Sequence record: SRR31156797_2267
Length of the DNA: 58,330 nucleotides
Direction: 5' to 3' (one strand)
The notes beneath the pieces are model-generated. The model searched no databases, was not told where the DNA came from, and saw only the letters and a program-made list of their open reading frames with translations. A program made the translations under genes and the position numbers. This document shows positions 20,419 to 30,119 of the stretch, one piece after another (position 1 is the first letter of the stretch; the number at the start of each line of letters is the position of its first letter).

Positions 20419-22341
20419 TTAAAATATATAATTCCCATCTAAAGGCCACATGATGAAATCATTCATAGCTATTCGCTGAAGATCATTTTCTATCATTTGG
20501 AAGAGACTGTTTTTCCGTTCTTTCTTCTTCCTTTCTTCGACCTTTTCCAAGTGAAAATCTTTTATTTGATCGTTAAAGGGTAAATTACCAAATTTAGCGT
20601 ACCTGACTGCACCATTGATATCACGAATACATACAACCTCTCCCCGATTATATCTACTGGGTGAAAATGGGATGTCAATAACACCTTTGGCAAATGCTCT
20701 GATCGCACCTTTAGCCAGATCTCCGGCACCAAGTTTCAAGACAGCTGACATAATAGAATCGACCTCTTTATGAATGATCTTTCTTTCCCGATCAACGATC
20801 TTATGATCAATATCCATATCTTTGGCAAGCATGAACCCACGTTTACTGATCTTTACTCCAAGTTGATTTTCTTTTGTGGATGGAATTTTATGTGCTTCAA
20901 CCGGTGATTTCATCATCATTCTGTCCGCCTTGGAAAGTTGAGCACTTACAGCTGAATTAAAGATGAGCATCTCGGATTTTTCAAAATCACTGGGGAAGGC
21001 TGCCATATATTGGTGGAAAACCGTTGAGATGGTTACATCATTAATTCCAAAATAATGCAAATATTTATTATTCAATTCTCGATTTGCTTGCATTGCGGCA
21101 ATATCCTGTGAACGATTGCCTTGCTCCGCATATCCCACCGATATGCTTTTAACCCCTTGTTTGGCACTTAAGATCGTCTGAATAACATTGACGGCAATTG
21201 CCAATGAAGGAGGTATCAAATTTGCGGTTAAAACCCCGAACCATTCCCTGTTGATAATGATATTATCTTTTTCATTATACATTCCTACCAATCTATCCAC
21301 ATATTGCCAGTATTTCAGGCTTTCGCTTGGAGATGTCTCTTTATCATACGGGAACAGATAGCATAAGAATCCACCCTCAACGGCACTGGCTCCTCCCGAA
21401 ATAGCAATTTCATATGTTAAGCGATGATCCGGAGCTCCCCCACGGATCTGAAAAGGTATCTTTAAACTTTCTACAATATCAATTATTCCCTTTTGTCCAT
21501 ATATGGGAACGGGGAAACCATTAAGAAATGATTTCTTTTTGGCATTGCTGATCTCGACACCTTCTTTTGCCTTTTTATAATTCTTAACTCTGGTAGAGGC
21601 ATCAAGTTGTACAGACCCCACGTCAATATTGATCTTTTCAAGTTCCTGTAGCTTTTTTATTTGAGCTTGCAAGTTCGCTACACCTGTACGAGGCTGAAGT
21701 AAGGGCGTATCATTTTTATTTACTTGAACAAAATTTAGATTTTTATTTGGAAATGAATGCAGTTTTTTTACAATGGACCAATCGATATTTAGCCCGGTCT
21801 CCCAGGTTCTTAGTACTTTAACACGTTCATCTTCTAGTTTTTTCAGATCCCATTTTTGATCCGATATTTCATCAAGATCCGTATCAACTAATTTTGAGTT
21901 ATTATCTTCATGTACTTCATAGGGCCTTAATTTATCCCTTTTAATATCATTTTCAAGAAATTCAATAATATTATTCATAGGGATAAAATTAGGGAAAACC
22001 CTGTCAAATCCCATTTTCATATATTTACGTATCACTTCATTATTTTTCTCAGTGATCGAAAGATGCCCGCCAATATACCAAAGTTGATTTTCATTTTCAT
22101 TGGTATGATGAATGATCTCTTTGGCATATTCATTTAAATAAAGGCCGCTATGTCCATTCTTGCTTGATATCAGGACTATATGATAATCTTTTTCTGAAAC
22201 AAAGAAATCTTGCACGGAATTTTGAATACCGATATTATTAACTGAAAAACCTGCTTCTTTCAATCCCAAGGCGATCAAATTAATGCCTACAGAATGTGCA
22301 TCATCACCTATACCACCCATTAAAACTTTATAACCGTTCAT
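20419..22341 (-). CDS. Single-chain cobalamin-dependent glutamate (methylaspartate) mutase, GlmS+GlmE fusion
   Basis: N-terminal B12-binding DAHSVG (DxHxxG), SSKNGH, YIGG; then GlmE motifs QPRTG, DASTR, LNGFP, QIRGGAPD, EGG..CY..PY, WQYVDRLVG, INREWFG, TVFHQYM, DIPFSPS, RDINGAVRY. Confidence 0.9.
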   Translation of the reverse strand: MNGYKVLMGGIGDDAHSVGINLIALGLKEAGFSVNNIGIQNSVQDFFVSEKDYHIVLISSKNGHSGLYLNEYAKEIIHHTNENENQLWYIGGHLSITEKNNEVIRKYMKMGFDRVFPNFIPMNNIIEFLENDIKRDKLRPYEVHEDNNSKLVDTDLDEISDQKWDLKKLEDERVKVLRTWETGLNIDWSIVKKLHSFPNKNLNFVQVNKNDTPLLQPRTGVANLQAQIKKLQELEKINIDVGSVQLDASTRVKNYKKAKEGVEISNAKKKSFLNGFPVPIYGQKGIIDIVESLKIPFQIRGGAPDHRLTYEIAISGGASAVEGGFLCYLFPYDKETSPSESLKYWQYVDRLVGMYNEKDNIIINREWFGVLTANLIPPSLAIAVNVIQTILSAKQGVKSISVGYAEQGNRSQDIAAMQANRELNNKYLHYFGINDVTISTVFHQYMAAFPSDFEKSEMLIFNSAVSAQLSKADRMMMKSPVEAHKIPSTKENQLGVKISKRGFMLAKDMDIDHKIVDRERKIIHKEVDSIMSAVLKLGAGDLAKGAIRAFAKGVIDIPFSPSRYNRGEVVCIRDINGAVRYAKFGNLPFNDQIKDFHLEKVEERKKKERKNSLFQMIENDLQRIAMNDFIMWPLDGNYIF

Positions 22342-22342
22342 A

Positions 22343-23536
22343 CTACTTCTTTATCTTTATGACCTTTAAGAATTTTTCATATAACCGTTTTCTAATGAAA
22401 GACATATTCCTTCTCCCGGGTTTTCTATCTCTGGGATCATATATCTGCCATTCTTTGTTTTTTGCAAAATAGGCTTTTAGAGTTCTCCCTAGTCCATATA
22501 TCCTTTTTTCTGTAATAAATGAGTCTAGAATATACCTGAAATTGATCCAATATGCTTCTTTGGGATATTTAACAGACATTTTGTTTTTTATATCTATACC
22601 TGTTTTGTCATGATATGCCAATTCGGGAAGATTAATATCACATAAGGAAGTTAAATTATGAAATCCCTCTGTTCTGGGACTTACCTCAATAAAATAGAAG
22701 TCATCATCCTCAAGCGAATACTTAAATTCAATTCCCAATATCCCTCTATAATCAGTCGATTCCATAAATTTCTTTGTAAGTTCTTCAATTCTATCGGATT
22801 TGACCGGTTTCCCGATCGCCATGACTCCCCCTGTCTTAGGGTACATGGTATATTTTATTGCTGTAACTATTGAACATAGGTTAGAGTTGAATGATCGATA
22901 TGCCAAAGCTACCCAAATATCAGCTTTATCCCCTTCCTCTTCATAACCGGTGATCAATTCCTGAATAATTATATCTTTTGGTGAATCTACAAATTTTGAT
23001 AATGTGGCTTTGATTTTATCTTTGTTTTCAATAATAAGAGTTTTAAATGGTTTTTTTCCGGCTCCCTGGGAAGGTTTCGCGATCAATTTTCTATTTGGGT
23101 TTATATCTTCATTATCAATGGCTTCCCAAGTTGGAAATTTCCATGTCCGGGGATACGGAATACCTGCTTTTTTAGCTTCTTCCAGCTGACTTTCCTTGAA
23201 AGTAAGCTTATGAAGCTCCTGAGTTGTTAAGAATTCTTTTTCCAAAAGATCGGCATGATCTGTCAACATAGATACCATGTAATCATTGTCAAAATAGAGC
23301 ACATACTTTTCGGATGATTTTTTTGCCAGATCAAGAAGTTTATTCAACAATAAATCTTCATTAAGCTCATCAATTAATACTCTATGATGACAATACTTGC
23401 TGTAATAACCATAATTTAAATTATCCTTAATACCAAGAACAGTTATTTCAACATCTAGTTCATGTAAAGATCTTATTATCTGAAGACCATTCTCACCATG
23501 ACCGAGTATACAAACCAGAACAGGGGCTTTTGACAC
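22343..23536 (-). CDS. ATP-grasp carboxylate-amine ligase (D-aspartate-ligase-like)
   Basis: NGLQIIRSL, AGIPYPRT, IAKP, IIQELI, GILGIEFK, FIEVSPR; GTG start at 23536 after RBS GAGGAG, overlapping the licD stop. Confidence 0.78.
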   Translation of the reverse strand: MSKAPVLVCILGHGENGLQIIRSLHELDVEITVLGIKDNLNYGYYSKYCHHRVLIDELNEDLLLNKLLDLAKKSSEKYVLYFDNDYMVSMLTDHADLLEKEFLTTQELHKLTFKESQLEEAKKAGIPYPRTWKFPTWEAIDNEDINPNRKLIAKPSQGAGKKPFKTLIIENKDKIKATLSKFVDSPKDIIIQELITGYEEEGDKADIWVALAYRSFNSNLCSIVTAIKYTMYPKTGGVMAIGKPVKSDRIEELTKKFMESTDYRGILGIEFKYSLEDDDFYFIEVSPRTEGFHNLTSLCDINLPELAYHDKTGIDIKNKMSVKYPKEAYWINFRYILDSFITEKRIYGLGRTLKAYFAKNKEWQIYDPRDRKPGRRNMSFIRKRLYEKFLKVIKIKK

Positions 23537-24438
23537 TACTTTCTCCTCATCGGAGAGTTTTGTGATATCTCCCATTTTGATCTCGGTGTTTTCCAACTTT
23601 CTCCATAGATTTTTTCCAGTAAATATTCCGGATCACTTGGTACGTTCATTTCCATTTCACAAAATTTTACAACTTTTAATTCTTTAAAGTACTTTTTGTC
23701 ATGAGCCACGGTCATTTTGGGCAGTGTTTTTCTTTTCTTCAAATAATTATCGATCAATTTAAATAGTCTTTTTCTGCTTGATAAAGATAATCTCATTATG
23801 AAAGCAAATCTATTTTTTGATTTTTTTGAAGCTTTATCCATTGGATGAATTTTAATGACCTTATCATCATATTCAATTGTACAGTGATGATGAGTGTTTA
23901 ACTCACCCTGTTCGATCAATAACTCTTTATCTGAATATAGTTCTCCAGGTAAAATACCGGAGTTTAACAGAGCTCTACAGGTAATTCCATATGTTGAATA
24001 AACATTTTCTTCGCGAGGTAATGAGATATTGAGTAACGATCTTATGCCATTTAATATATTAAAAATCTTTGTTGTGAATTTTGTGCCATACTCATAGGCT
24101 ATATTATTTCCTCTACTTTTGTACCTGTGTAGATCAATTCTATATTGCCCATAAGTCCAACCTTTTTGCAGGATTTTAATATTGTTATCAAGAATATTAA
24201 TATGATAACCCTTTTCATCTAGCTCTTTCCATAGGTCTTTGTACTCGGCAATATTCTCATCATCTGTACTCAGGTCAAAGTCTCCATCCCATGGAATTGC
24301 TTCTCCATTTCTAACAGCCCCAAGTAATGTTCCAAAATCAATCCAATATTTCACACGATACTTATCCAATACCTCCTTAATATCTTGAAGCATTAGTATT
24401 GATTTTTCTCTTAATTGTATAATATTTATTTTTTCCAT
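23536..24438 (-). CDS. LicD-family phosphotransferase
   Basis: YWIDFGTLLGAVR..IPWDGDFDL, IDL, C-terminal P..PEYLLEKIYGESWKTP. Confidence 0.85.
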   Translation of the reverse strand: MEKINIIQLREKSILMLQDIKEVLDKYRVKYWIDFGTLLGAVRNGEAIPWDGDFDLSTDDENIAEYKDLWKELDEKGYHINILDNNIKILQKGWTYGQYRIDLHRYKSRGNNIAYEYGTKFTTKIFNILNGIRSLLNISLPREENVYSTYGITCRALLNSGILPGELYSDKELLIEQGELNTHHHCTIEYDDKVIKIHPMDKASKKSKNRFAFIMRLSLSSRKRLFKLIDNYLKKRKTLPKMTVAHDKKYFKELKVVKFCEMEMNVPSDPEYLLEKIYGESWKTPRSKWEISQNSPMRRK

Positions 24439-24445
24439 TCTACCA

Positions 24446-24994
24446 TCATTTCTTAATCGTTAATACATTTTTTTTAACAAACTTTTTTTCATCTAATTTC
24501 AATAAAATATCCTTTTTTTCTTCATTCATGAGACCTTTTGTGTGGACATTGAATTTTTTCATTCGCTCAACCATCTCATTAGTACTTGAGATATATTTAA
24601 TAGGATTTCCGGCAGCAAAGGTATTATCCGGAATGCTTTTATTTACTACTGACATTGCCCCAATAACACAATTCTCTCCAATTTCAACACCAGGCATAAT
24701 TATAGATCGTTGCCCTATATAAGAATTATCACCAATCTTTACTCTACCAAAATAATCAAAATCATCAAGCTCAGGATAAAGATTCCTCACCGATACAAAT
24801 CCTCCATGCGTTAAGATCAATACCTCTGGAGCAATTCTTACATTATTCCCAATTTCAATTAAGTAGGGTTCTGATGAAAAAAATTTAGTAGCAATTTTAC
24901 ACCCATTACCGATTTTAACACCAATGTGTTTAGCATATTTTTCACCAGAAACAAGTTTCTTATAAATCATTTCATAATAGGATTTCAAATTCAT
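24446..24994 (-). CDS. Hexapeptide-repeat O-acyltransferase
   Basis: SEPYLIEIGNNV, THGG, VKIGDNSYIG, IGAMSVVNK, AGNP. Confidence 0.85.
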   Translation of the reverse strand: MNLKSYYEMIYKKLVSGEKYAKHIGVKIGNGCKIATKFFSSEPYLIEIGNNVRIAPEVLILTHGGFVSVRNLYPELDDFDYFGRVKIGDNSYIGQRSIIMPGVEIGENCVIGAMSVVNKSIPDNTFAAGNPIKYISSTNEMVERMKKFNVHTKGLMNEEKKDILLKLDEKKFVKKNVLTIKK

Positions 24995-24999
24995 ACCGC

Positions 25000-26037
25000 T
25001 TACTCCTTGTTTCCTTCGAGAAGTTTATTATATAACTTAAAGTACATATTACTTACTTCATCTAGAGAAAATTTCTCTATAGTTTTTTTCATTTCATTAT
25101 TATTTAATTCATTTCGATTATTTTTTATTATACTGATTATGTCATCAATATTATTTAAATCACAAATATAACCGTTCTTTGTATTTTCTATATATTCTAT
25201 AAAACCGTGTTTTGAAGATATAACAATACACCCTGATGCCATTGCTTCCAAGCCAACCAAAGGCAGATTTTCATGTCTACTTGGAAATAAAGCAAATTGG
25301 GAAGAATTATAATATTCAGCAACTTCAATTGGTTTTAAACTTCCTAAAAACTTAATATTATTTTCGCTTGATTTATTATATAATGACCCTTTACCAATAA
25401 GTATAAATTCGTATTTCGGTAGCCTTTTTGCAATTGAAAGGATAACATCTACTCCTTTATCGACTGTTAATCTACCAACATATATAATTCTATTTTTTCG
25501 CCTAATAACATTATCTCTCATCTTATAGATATTATTATTTACTCCGTTGGGAATAAACGTTACCCTAATATTGCATTTATTCTCAATATATTTTTTCATG
25601 TGATTGGATACTGTCGTAAACAAATCATATTTTCTTAATATCATTTTCCTAAATAATTTAAATCTTAACCTATACGAGAATTTCCAATTATATTTTTCTT
25701 CTTCGCTATGATGGAATGTCATTATTTTTTTTGTATCATAATTTCTTAGAGCAATGGCAATAGTCGTATTTCCATGAGCATGAATAATATCAGGTTGAAT
25801 TTCGTTAACTAAGCTAATTATTTTTTTTCTACCAGTACCAAGATAATACAACCAATTCTTTTTTTGAATTTTTAAAGTAATAATATTTATTTTATTATGA
25901 TAATACCGGCTATGTTCTTTCCCAAAAACAATCAAATATACTTCATTTTTACTCTCTAATTCGTTTGCTATATCCCATGCAACTTTTTCAGATCCTCCCG
26001 CTGGAGGTAATGAATTTGCGATATATAGTATCTTCAT
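25000..26037 (-). CDS. Glycosyltransferase family 4
   Basis: MKILY..GGSE, PDIIHAH, IPNGV, GRL..DKG, ENLPLVGLEAMASG; start moved to ATG 26037. Confidence 0.85.
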   Translation of the reverse strand: MKILYIANSLPPAGGSEKVAWDIANELESKNEVYLIVFGKEHSRYYHNKINIITLKIQKKNWLYYLGTGRKKIISLVNEIQPDIIHAHGNTTIAIALRNYDTKKIMTFHHSEEEKYNWKFSYRLRFKLFRKMILRKYDLFTTVSNHMKKYIENKCNIRVTFIPNGVNNNIYKMRDNVIRRKNRIIYVGRLTVDKGVDVILSIAKRLPKYEFILIGKGSLYNKSSENNIKFLGSLKPIEVAEYYNSSQFALFPSRHENLPLVGLEAMASGCIVISSKHGFIEYIENTKNGYICDLNNIDDIISIIKNNRNELNNNEMKKTIEKFSLDEVSNMYFKLYNKLLEGNKE

Positions 26038-26050
26038 ATTATCACCGATA

Positions 26051-27517
26051 TTAAATTTTAATAAATGCACTCAACTGTTTCAAATCCAGTAGTTTTCTAT
26101 TTACGTAGATAAATAATATCGTGCTGAAATAGATGACTGCACTTAAGCAAAGAAACAATATCATATTAAGGTTAAGTAATTGCAAAACAAGAATTGGAAC
26201 TATGGGAATCAGCGAAATAATAAATATTTTTACTAAATATTTCCAAGGTATAAATTCTTTCCATTTCACATTCAATAGTTTTTTACTTCTTGCCAACTGT
26301 AAAATACCATTAATACTGAACGATGCCGTAAAGGTGATCGCAGCACCTATAATGCCAAAGAATTTTATTAACGGGAAAGCAATTGCAAGTGATATCGCAA
26401 ATCTTGTAAGATTAGCATAAAGTACATTTGAGGTTTTTGCATAAGCTCGTAAAATATACCCATAGCCTAGCATCTGAATAAAAAATACAAGAATAGTGAT
26501 CCTAAAGACATTAGCTGACATAGAATAATCTTCAGTAAATAGAAGTGTAATGAATTCATTTGCGACAATAAAAAAGAAAATAACTACCGGTATTGTGATC
26601 AGTGCATTTTTATTGACCATTTTTTTCCATAAGCTTAAAGTACCTTCAATATTACCTGTCTTGGAATAGTTGCTGAGACGTTGAATGACAACATTTCCGA
26701 TAGACGTATAAAGTATTGCGATCATTGGGATCCTGAAATTACCCACCGCATATAGTGCAAATTCATCAGAACTAAGAAGGATCATCAATACAAGTTTATC
26801 TAAATGATTGCCTATCTTTCCTATTACTGAACTCAGATACATTGGTAATGAATATTTAAATTGCTTAGCTATGGATCCTTTGTCCATTTTGAAAGGATTG
26901 ATCTTATATTTGATCTTCAAATAAAGATATAATACTAAAAACCTAATAAATGAAAACATGAAAAGAGCCAATAAAGCCGATTCAAGGGTTTTAAATATCA
27001 GAACAAATGTTAATAAAAGAATCAAACGTACAAGTTTTTCTACAGCAAAATAGATCATTGCAAGTTTTGATTTTTTCTCAACTACGAAAATTATCTCGAT
27101 AAGGCGTGATGAGCTCAAAAAGAATATAAAAAGGACAATTAAATAGAGTAATATGCCCTCTTGGGTATTGATCACTTCAACTTTTTTTAATAGAGTATCT
27201 CTGAAAATAAAAGCAATTGTCAATATAATAAAACTATATGCCGCCGGAATATAAAATGATTGCGACATCAGACTCTTTTTCTCTTTTACTTCAGTAGAAT
27301 TTGGATAAAAATAATATAAACTATTCGGAAGAGACAATGATAGCAAAGGAACCGCAAGTGTAGATATTGTAAGAATCTGCTGATAAACTCCATATTGAGT
27401 CTGATTGAAGATTCTTACTAAAATGATCGGAGTAATCAACTGTATAAAAAATGCTATTAATTTACCTATTGATAAATATCCCGCTTGTTGCTTTAATGAG
27501 TATTCGTTTTTAGCCAT
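26051..27517 (-). CDS. wzx: Wzx-type polysaccharide flippase (MATE-like)
   Basis: 12-14 TM segments, ILVRIF..QYGVY, FKYSLP, DKLVL, FGIIGAA. Confidence 0.75.
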   Translation of the reverse strand: MAKNEYSLKQQAGYLSIGKLIAFFIQLITPIILVRIFNQTQYGVYQQILTISTLAVPLLSLSLPNSLYYFYPNSTEVKEKKSLMSQSFYIPAAYSFIILTIAFIFRDTLLKKVEVINTQEGILLYLIVLFIFFLSSSRLIEIIFVVEKKSKLAMIYFAVEKLVRLILLLTFVLIFKTLESALLALFMFSFIRFLVLYLYLKIKYKINPFKMDKGSIAKQFKYSLPMYLSSVIGKIGNHLDKLVLMILLSSDEFALYAVGNFRIPMIAILYTSIGNVVIQRLSNYSKTGNIEGTLSLWKKMVNKNALITIPVVIFFFIVANEFITLLFTEDYSMSANVFRITILVFFIQMLGYGYILRAYAKTSNVLYANLTRFAISLAIAFPLIKFFGIIGAAITFTASFSINGILQLARSKKLLNVKWKEFIPWKYLVKIFIISLIPIVPILVLQLLNLNMILFLCLSAVIYFSTILFIYVNRKLLDLKQLSAFIKI

Positions 27518-27525
27518 TATTTAAT

Positions 27526-28977
27526 CTATTTCTCATCAATTGTATTAATTTCTAGTTCTTTAACAGCGCCCAAATATCTGTCCTTTTGAACAACTGCTAC
27601 ATGATAAGCTTGTGACAACCAAATAATAATCAATAAAACCACCATGAGTGATCTTGCGATCAGGATCGGTTTGGATTGTATAAAATTCTTCCAAGAATAT
27701 TTATAGATCGACCAAGATAAGTATGGAATGATCATACACACCATTATAGGTATGCGATATCTTTCCTGATATTGCCCAAAAAAGACAGACGCAAAAATAT
27801 AATATCCCAGGATAAGCAGTAATATCTGATATTTCGGCTTTTTAATGGCCCTGAAGAGTGCTTTATGGTCTAACAGTACAATGACACCCAAAAGTATTAA
27901 TGCAACCGGTAAAACCAAAAATACTGCTGTTACAAGTAGCTTATCCTTGAACATTCCCGTGATAAGGATCTTTGAAGCAGTCCCTTCCGGTACAACCCCG
28001 AAAAATCTAAAAAACTTATATCCCTGGAGCTTAAGCCACCGGAATGGATGCTCTTTGACAAATTTTATTATTTCGGCTTTCTGAAATTCATTTCTAACAT
28101 CAATGCTTTTTTTCAAGCTATCGGGAATATTATTTTCCAAGCAATACTTGTCCAATTCCACATAATATCTATCTTCATTCTCTTTGTAGACAAATGATCC
28201 ATCTCCACCATCTCCACCATACATCGTATGGCCATAAAAAATAAAGTCATTAACTTCAGTTCCTGATTTGTCGGAGGGTAAAATATTGACGCTAAACAAA
28301 ATTGAGGTTGTAATAAATAGAACAATTCCCAAGCTTAGGAATTTCAGTAATATATCTTTCTTCTTAAAATTTATTAAAGCCAGAATTATAAATAGAAGAT
28401 AAAAATATTTCATCTCTCCTTTGAAATAAAATGAGAAATTGATAATTAATATGATCAAAACAGAATAGAGAATGGTTTTTAAAAGGTCCTTGCTCTGCAG
28501 CAGCAAAACGATCAACAACAAAACCAGACTCAACAAAAATATACCAATTATCGGAGTATAGAATACCGAACTCCAAACGATGAACTCAGTATAAAAAAGT
28601 TGGATCAAGATGCTTATCAAGGCAATTTTCCTATTACCACATAACAATATCACCGTTCTGTATATTATATAAGATGAAGCTGTCCCCAAAAAACAAATGA
28701 ATATGAAATAGAGATCTATATTTCCAAGGACGTATTTGAAAAAATGACCCAAATATGAATTAAGGAATAAAAAATTGCCTGATATCAAAGGAACATTCTT
28801 GCCTTGAGCAATGGCATCAACCGCATTCAGGTATGTTTTAAAATCATGGAAAGAAAATAAGGTTGTATTATAAAACACGATCAATCTGAAAATAAATGAA
28901 AGAATAAGAATAAGTGCAACCCATGCTTCGAATGGGATTCTACCAAGTTGGTTTTTCAGTTTATGCTGCTCGATCAT
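27526..28977 (-). CDS. GT-C-fold membrane glycosyltransferase (ArnT/PMT-like)
   Basis: TM1 followed by FRL..HDFKTY..A acidic loop, many TM segments, large periplasmic loop, ERYRIP motif; follows ArnC/E/F-like genes. Confidence 0.6.
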   Translation of the reverse strand: MIEQHKLKNQLGRIPFEAWVALILILSFIFRLIVFYNTTLFSFHDFKTYLNAVDAIAQGKNVPLISGNFLFLNSYLGHFFKYVLGNIDLYFIFICFLGTASSYIIYRTVILLCGNRKIALISILIQLFYTEFIVWSSVFYTPIIGIFLLSLVLLLIVLLLQSKDLLKTILYSVLIILIINFSFYFKGEMKYFYLLFIILALINFKKKDILLKFLSLGIVLFITTSILFSVNILPSDKSGTEVNDFIFYGHTMYGGDGGDGSFVYKENEDRYYVELDKYCLENNIPDSLKKSIDVRNEFQKAEIIKFVKEHPFRWLKLQGYKFFRFFGVVPEGTASKILITGMFKDKLLVTAVFLVLPVALILLGVIVLLDHKALFRAIKKPKYQILLLILGYYIFASVFFGQYQERYRIPIMVCMIIPYLSWSIYKYSWKNFIQSKPILIARSLMVVLLIIIWLSQAYHVAVVQKDRYLGAVKELEINTIDEK

Positions 28978-28979
28978 TT

Positions 28980-30119
28980 TTAGTTAAAATACTCCCGAAT
29001 GGATTCACAAATAAACTCAACTTCCTCTTCAATAATATTGTAGAATAAAGGTAATCTGAGTATAGTGTTGCTGATCTCATCAGTTATCTTTAGGTCCAGA
29101 TCACTATAGGCTCCATTCCAAAAGGGCGCTTTGTGTAATGGTACATAGTGAAATATTGCATTAATACCTTTTTCTTTCAAATACCCAATCAGATCCTCTC
29201 TTTCTCTTAGAGAATCACATAAAATATAGTACATATGAGCATTATGTTCACATCCATCCGGTATTGTTGGCAGCTTATCCCGGGGAATGAATGTCGATAA
29301 ATATTTATCGTAAAGATCCCATATTTGAAGCCTTTTTTCATTTATCTTCAATGATTCTTTTAACTGGGGCAATAAAAAGGCTGCCTGTAGCTCAGACATT
29401 AAAAAACTGGATCCTAATTCAACCCAGGTGTATTTATCAACAATACCCTTATTAAAATGTGTTCTATTAGTACCTTTGTCCCTAATAAATTCGGCTTTTT
29501 CGACCATATCAGGATTATTTACAAGAAGAGCGCCCCCTTCTCCACATTGAATATTCTTTGTTTCATGAAAGCTAATAGCAGCAAGATCGCCAAAGCTTCC
29601 CAATGCTTTACCTTTGTATGAACAATCTATCGCTTGAGCGGCATCTTCTATTAAATGAATATTGTATTTTTTGCAAATATCCATGATCTTATCCATTTCA
29701 CAGGCCACTCCCGCATAATGAACAATCACGATCGCTTTAGTTCGGGGTGTGATCAAAGCTTCAATTCTATTCTCATCGATATTTTTTGTATCTTTACGTA
29801 TATCACACCAAACTATCTTAGCTTTTCTTAAAACAAAAGCGCTTGCACTGGATACGAACGTAAATGAAGGCATAATGACTTCGTCATCAGTATCCAGATC
29901 TATTAATAATCCGGACATTTCTAAAGCGTCTGTACAAGAAGACGTCATAATTGCTTTTTTACACCCGGTTTTTTCTTCAAGTATAAGATTGCATTCTTTG
30001 GTTTTTTCACCATTGCCGGAAAAACGGTCATTTTTAAACACATTTTCCAATTCATGCTTTTCTTTACCTGTGATAAGGGGCTTATTAAATGGAATACTCA
30101 TTTTATCAGGCATAAACAT
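28980..30119 (-). CDS. wecE: dTDP-4-amino-4,6-dideoxygalactose transaminase
   Basis: IPFNKP, SCTDALEM, SFHETKNIQCGEGG (PLP Lys), DKGTNR, DKYTWVELGSS, HNAHMYY; true start may be 30113 or 30101. Confidence 0.88.
   Translation of the reverse strand: MFMPDKMSIPFNKPLITGKEKHELENVFKNDRFSGNGEKTKECNLILEEKTGCKKAIMTSSCTDALEMSGLLIDLDTDDEVIMPSFTFVSSASAFVLRKAKIVWCDIRKDTKNIDENRIEALITPRTKAIVIVHYAGVACEMDKIMDICKKYNIHLIEDAAQAIDCSYKGKALGSFGDLAAISFHETKNIQCGEGGALLVNNPDMVEKAEFIRDKGTNRTHFNKGIVDKYTWVELGSSFLMSELQAAFLLPQLKESLKINEKRLQIWDLYDKYLSTFIPRDKLPTIPDGCEHNAHMYYILCDSLREREDLIGYLKEKGINAIFHYVPLHKAPFWNGAYSDLDLKITDEISNTILRLPLFYNIIEEEVEFICESIREYFN

Noticed and set aside
20419-22341. Glutamate fermentation (mesaconate) operon
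   Set aside because: No methylaspartate ammonia-lyase, GlmL or mesaconase nearby, and the gene is coupled to glycan genes. The distant enolase-family gene has dipeptide-epimerase motifs.
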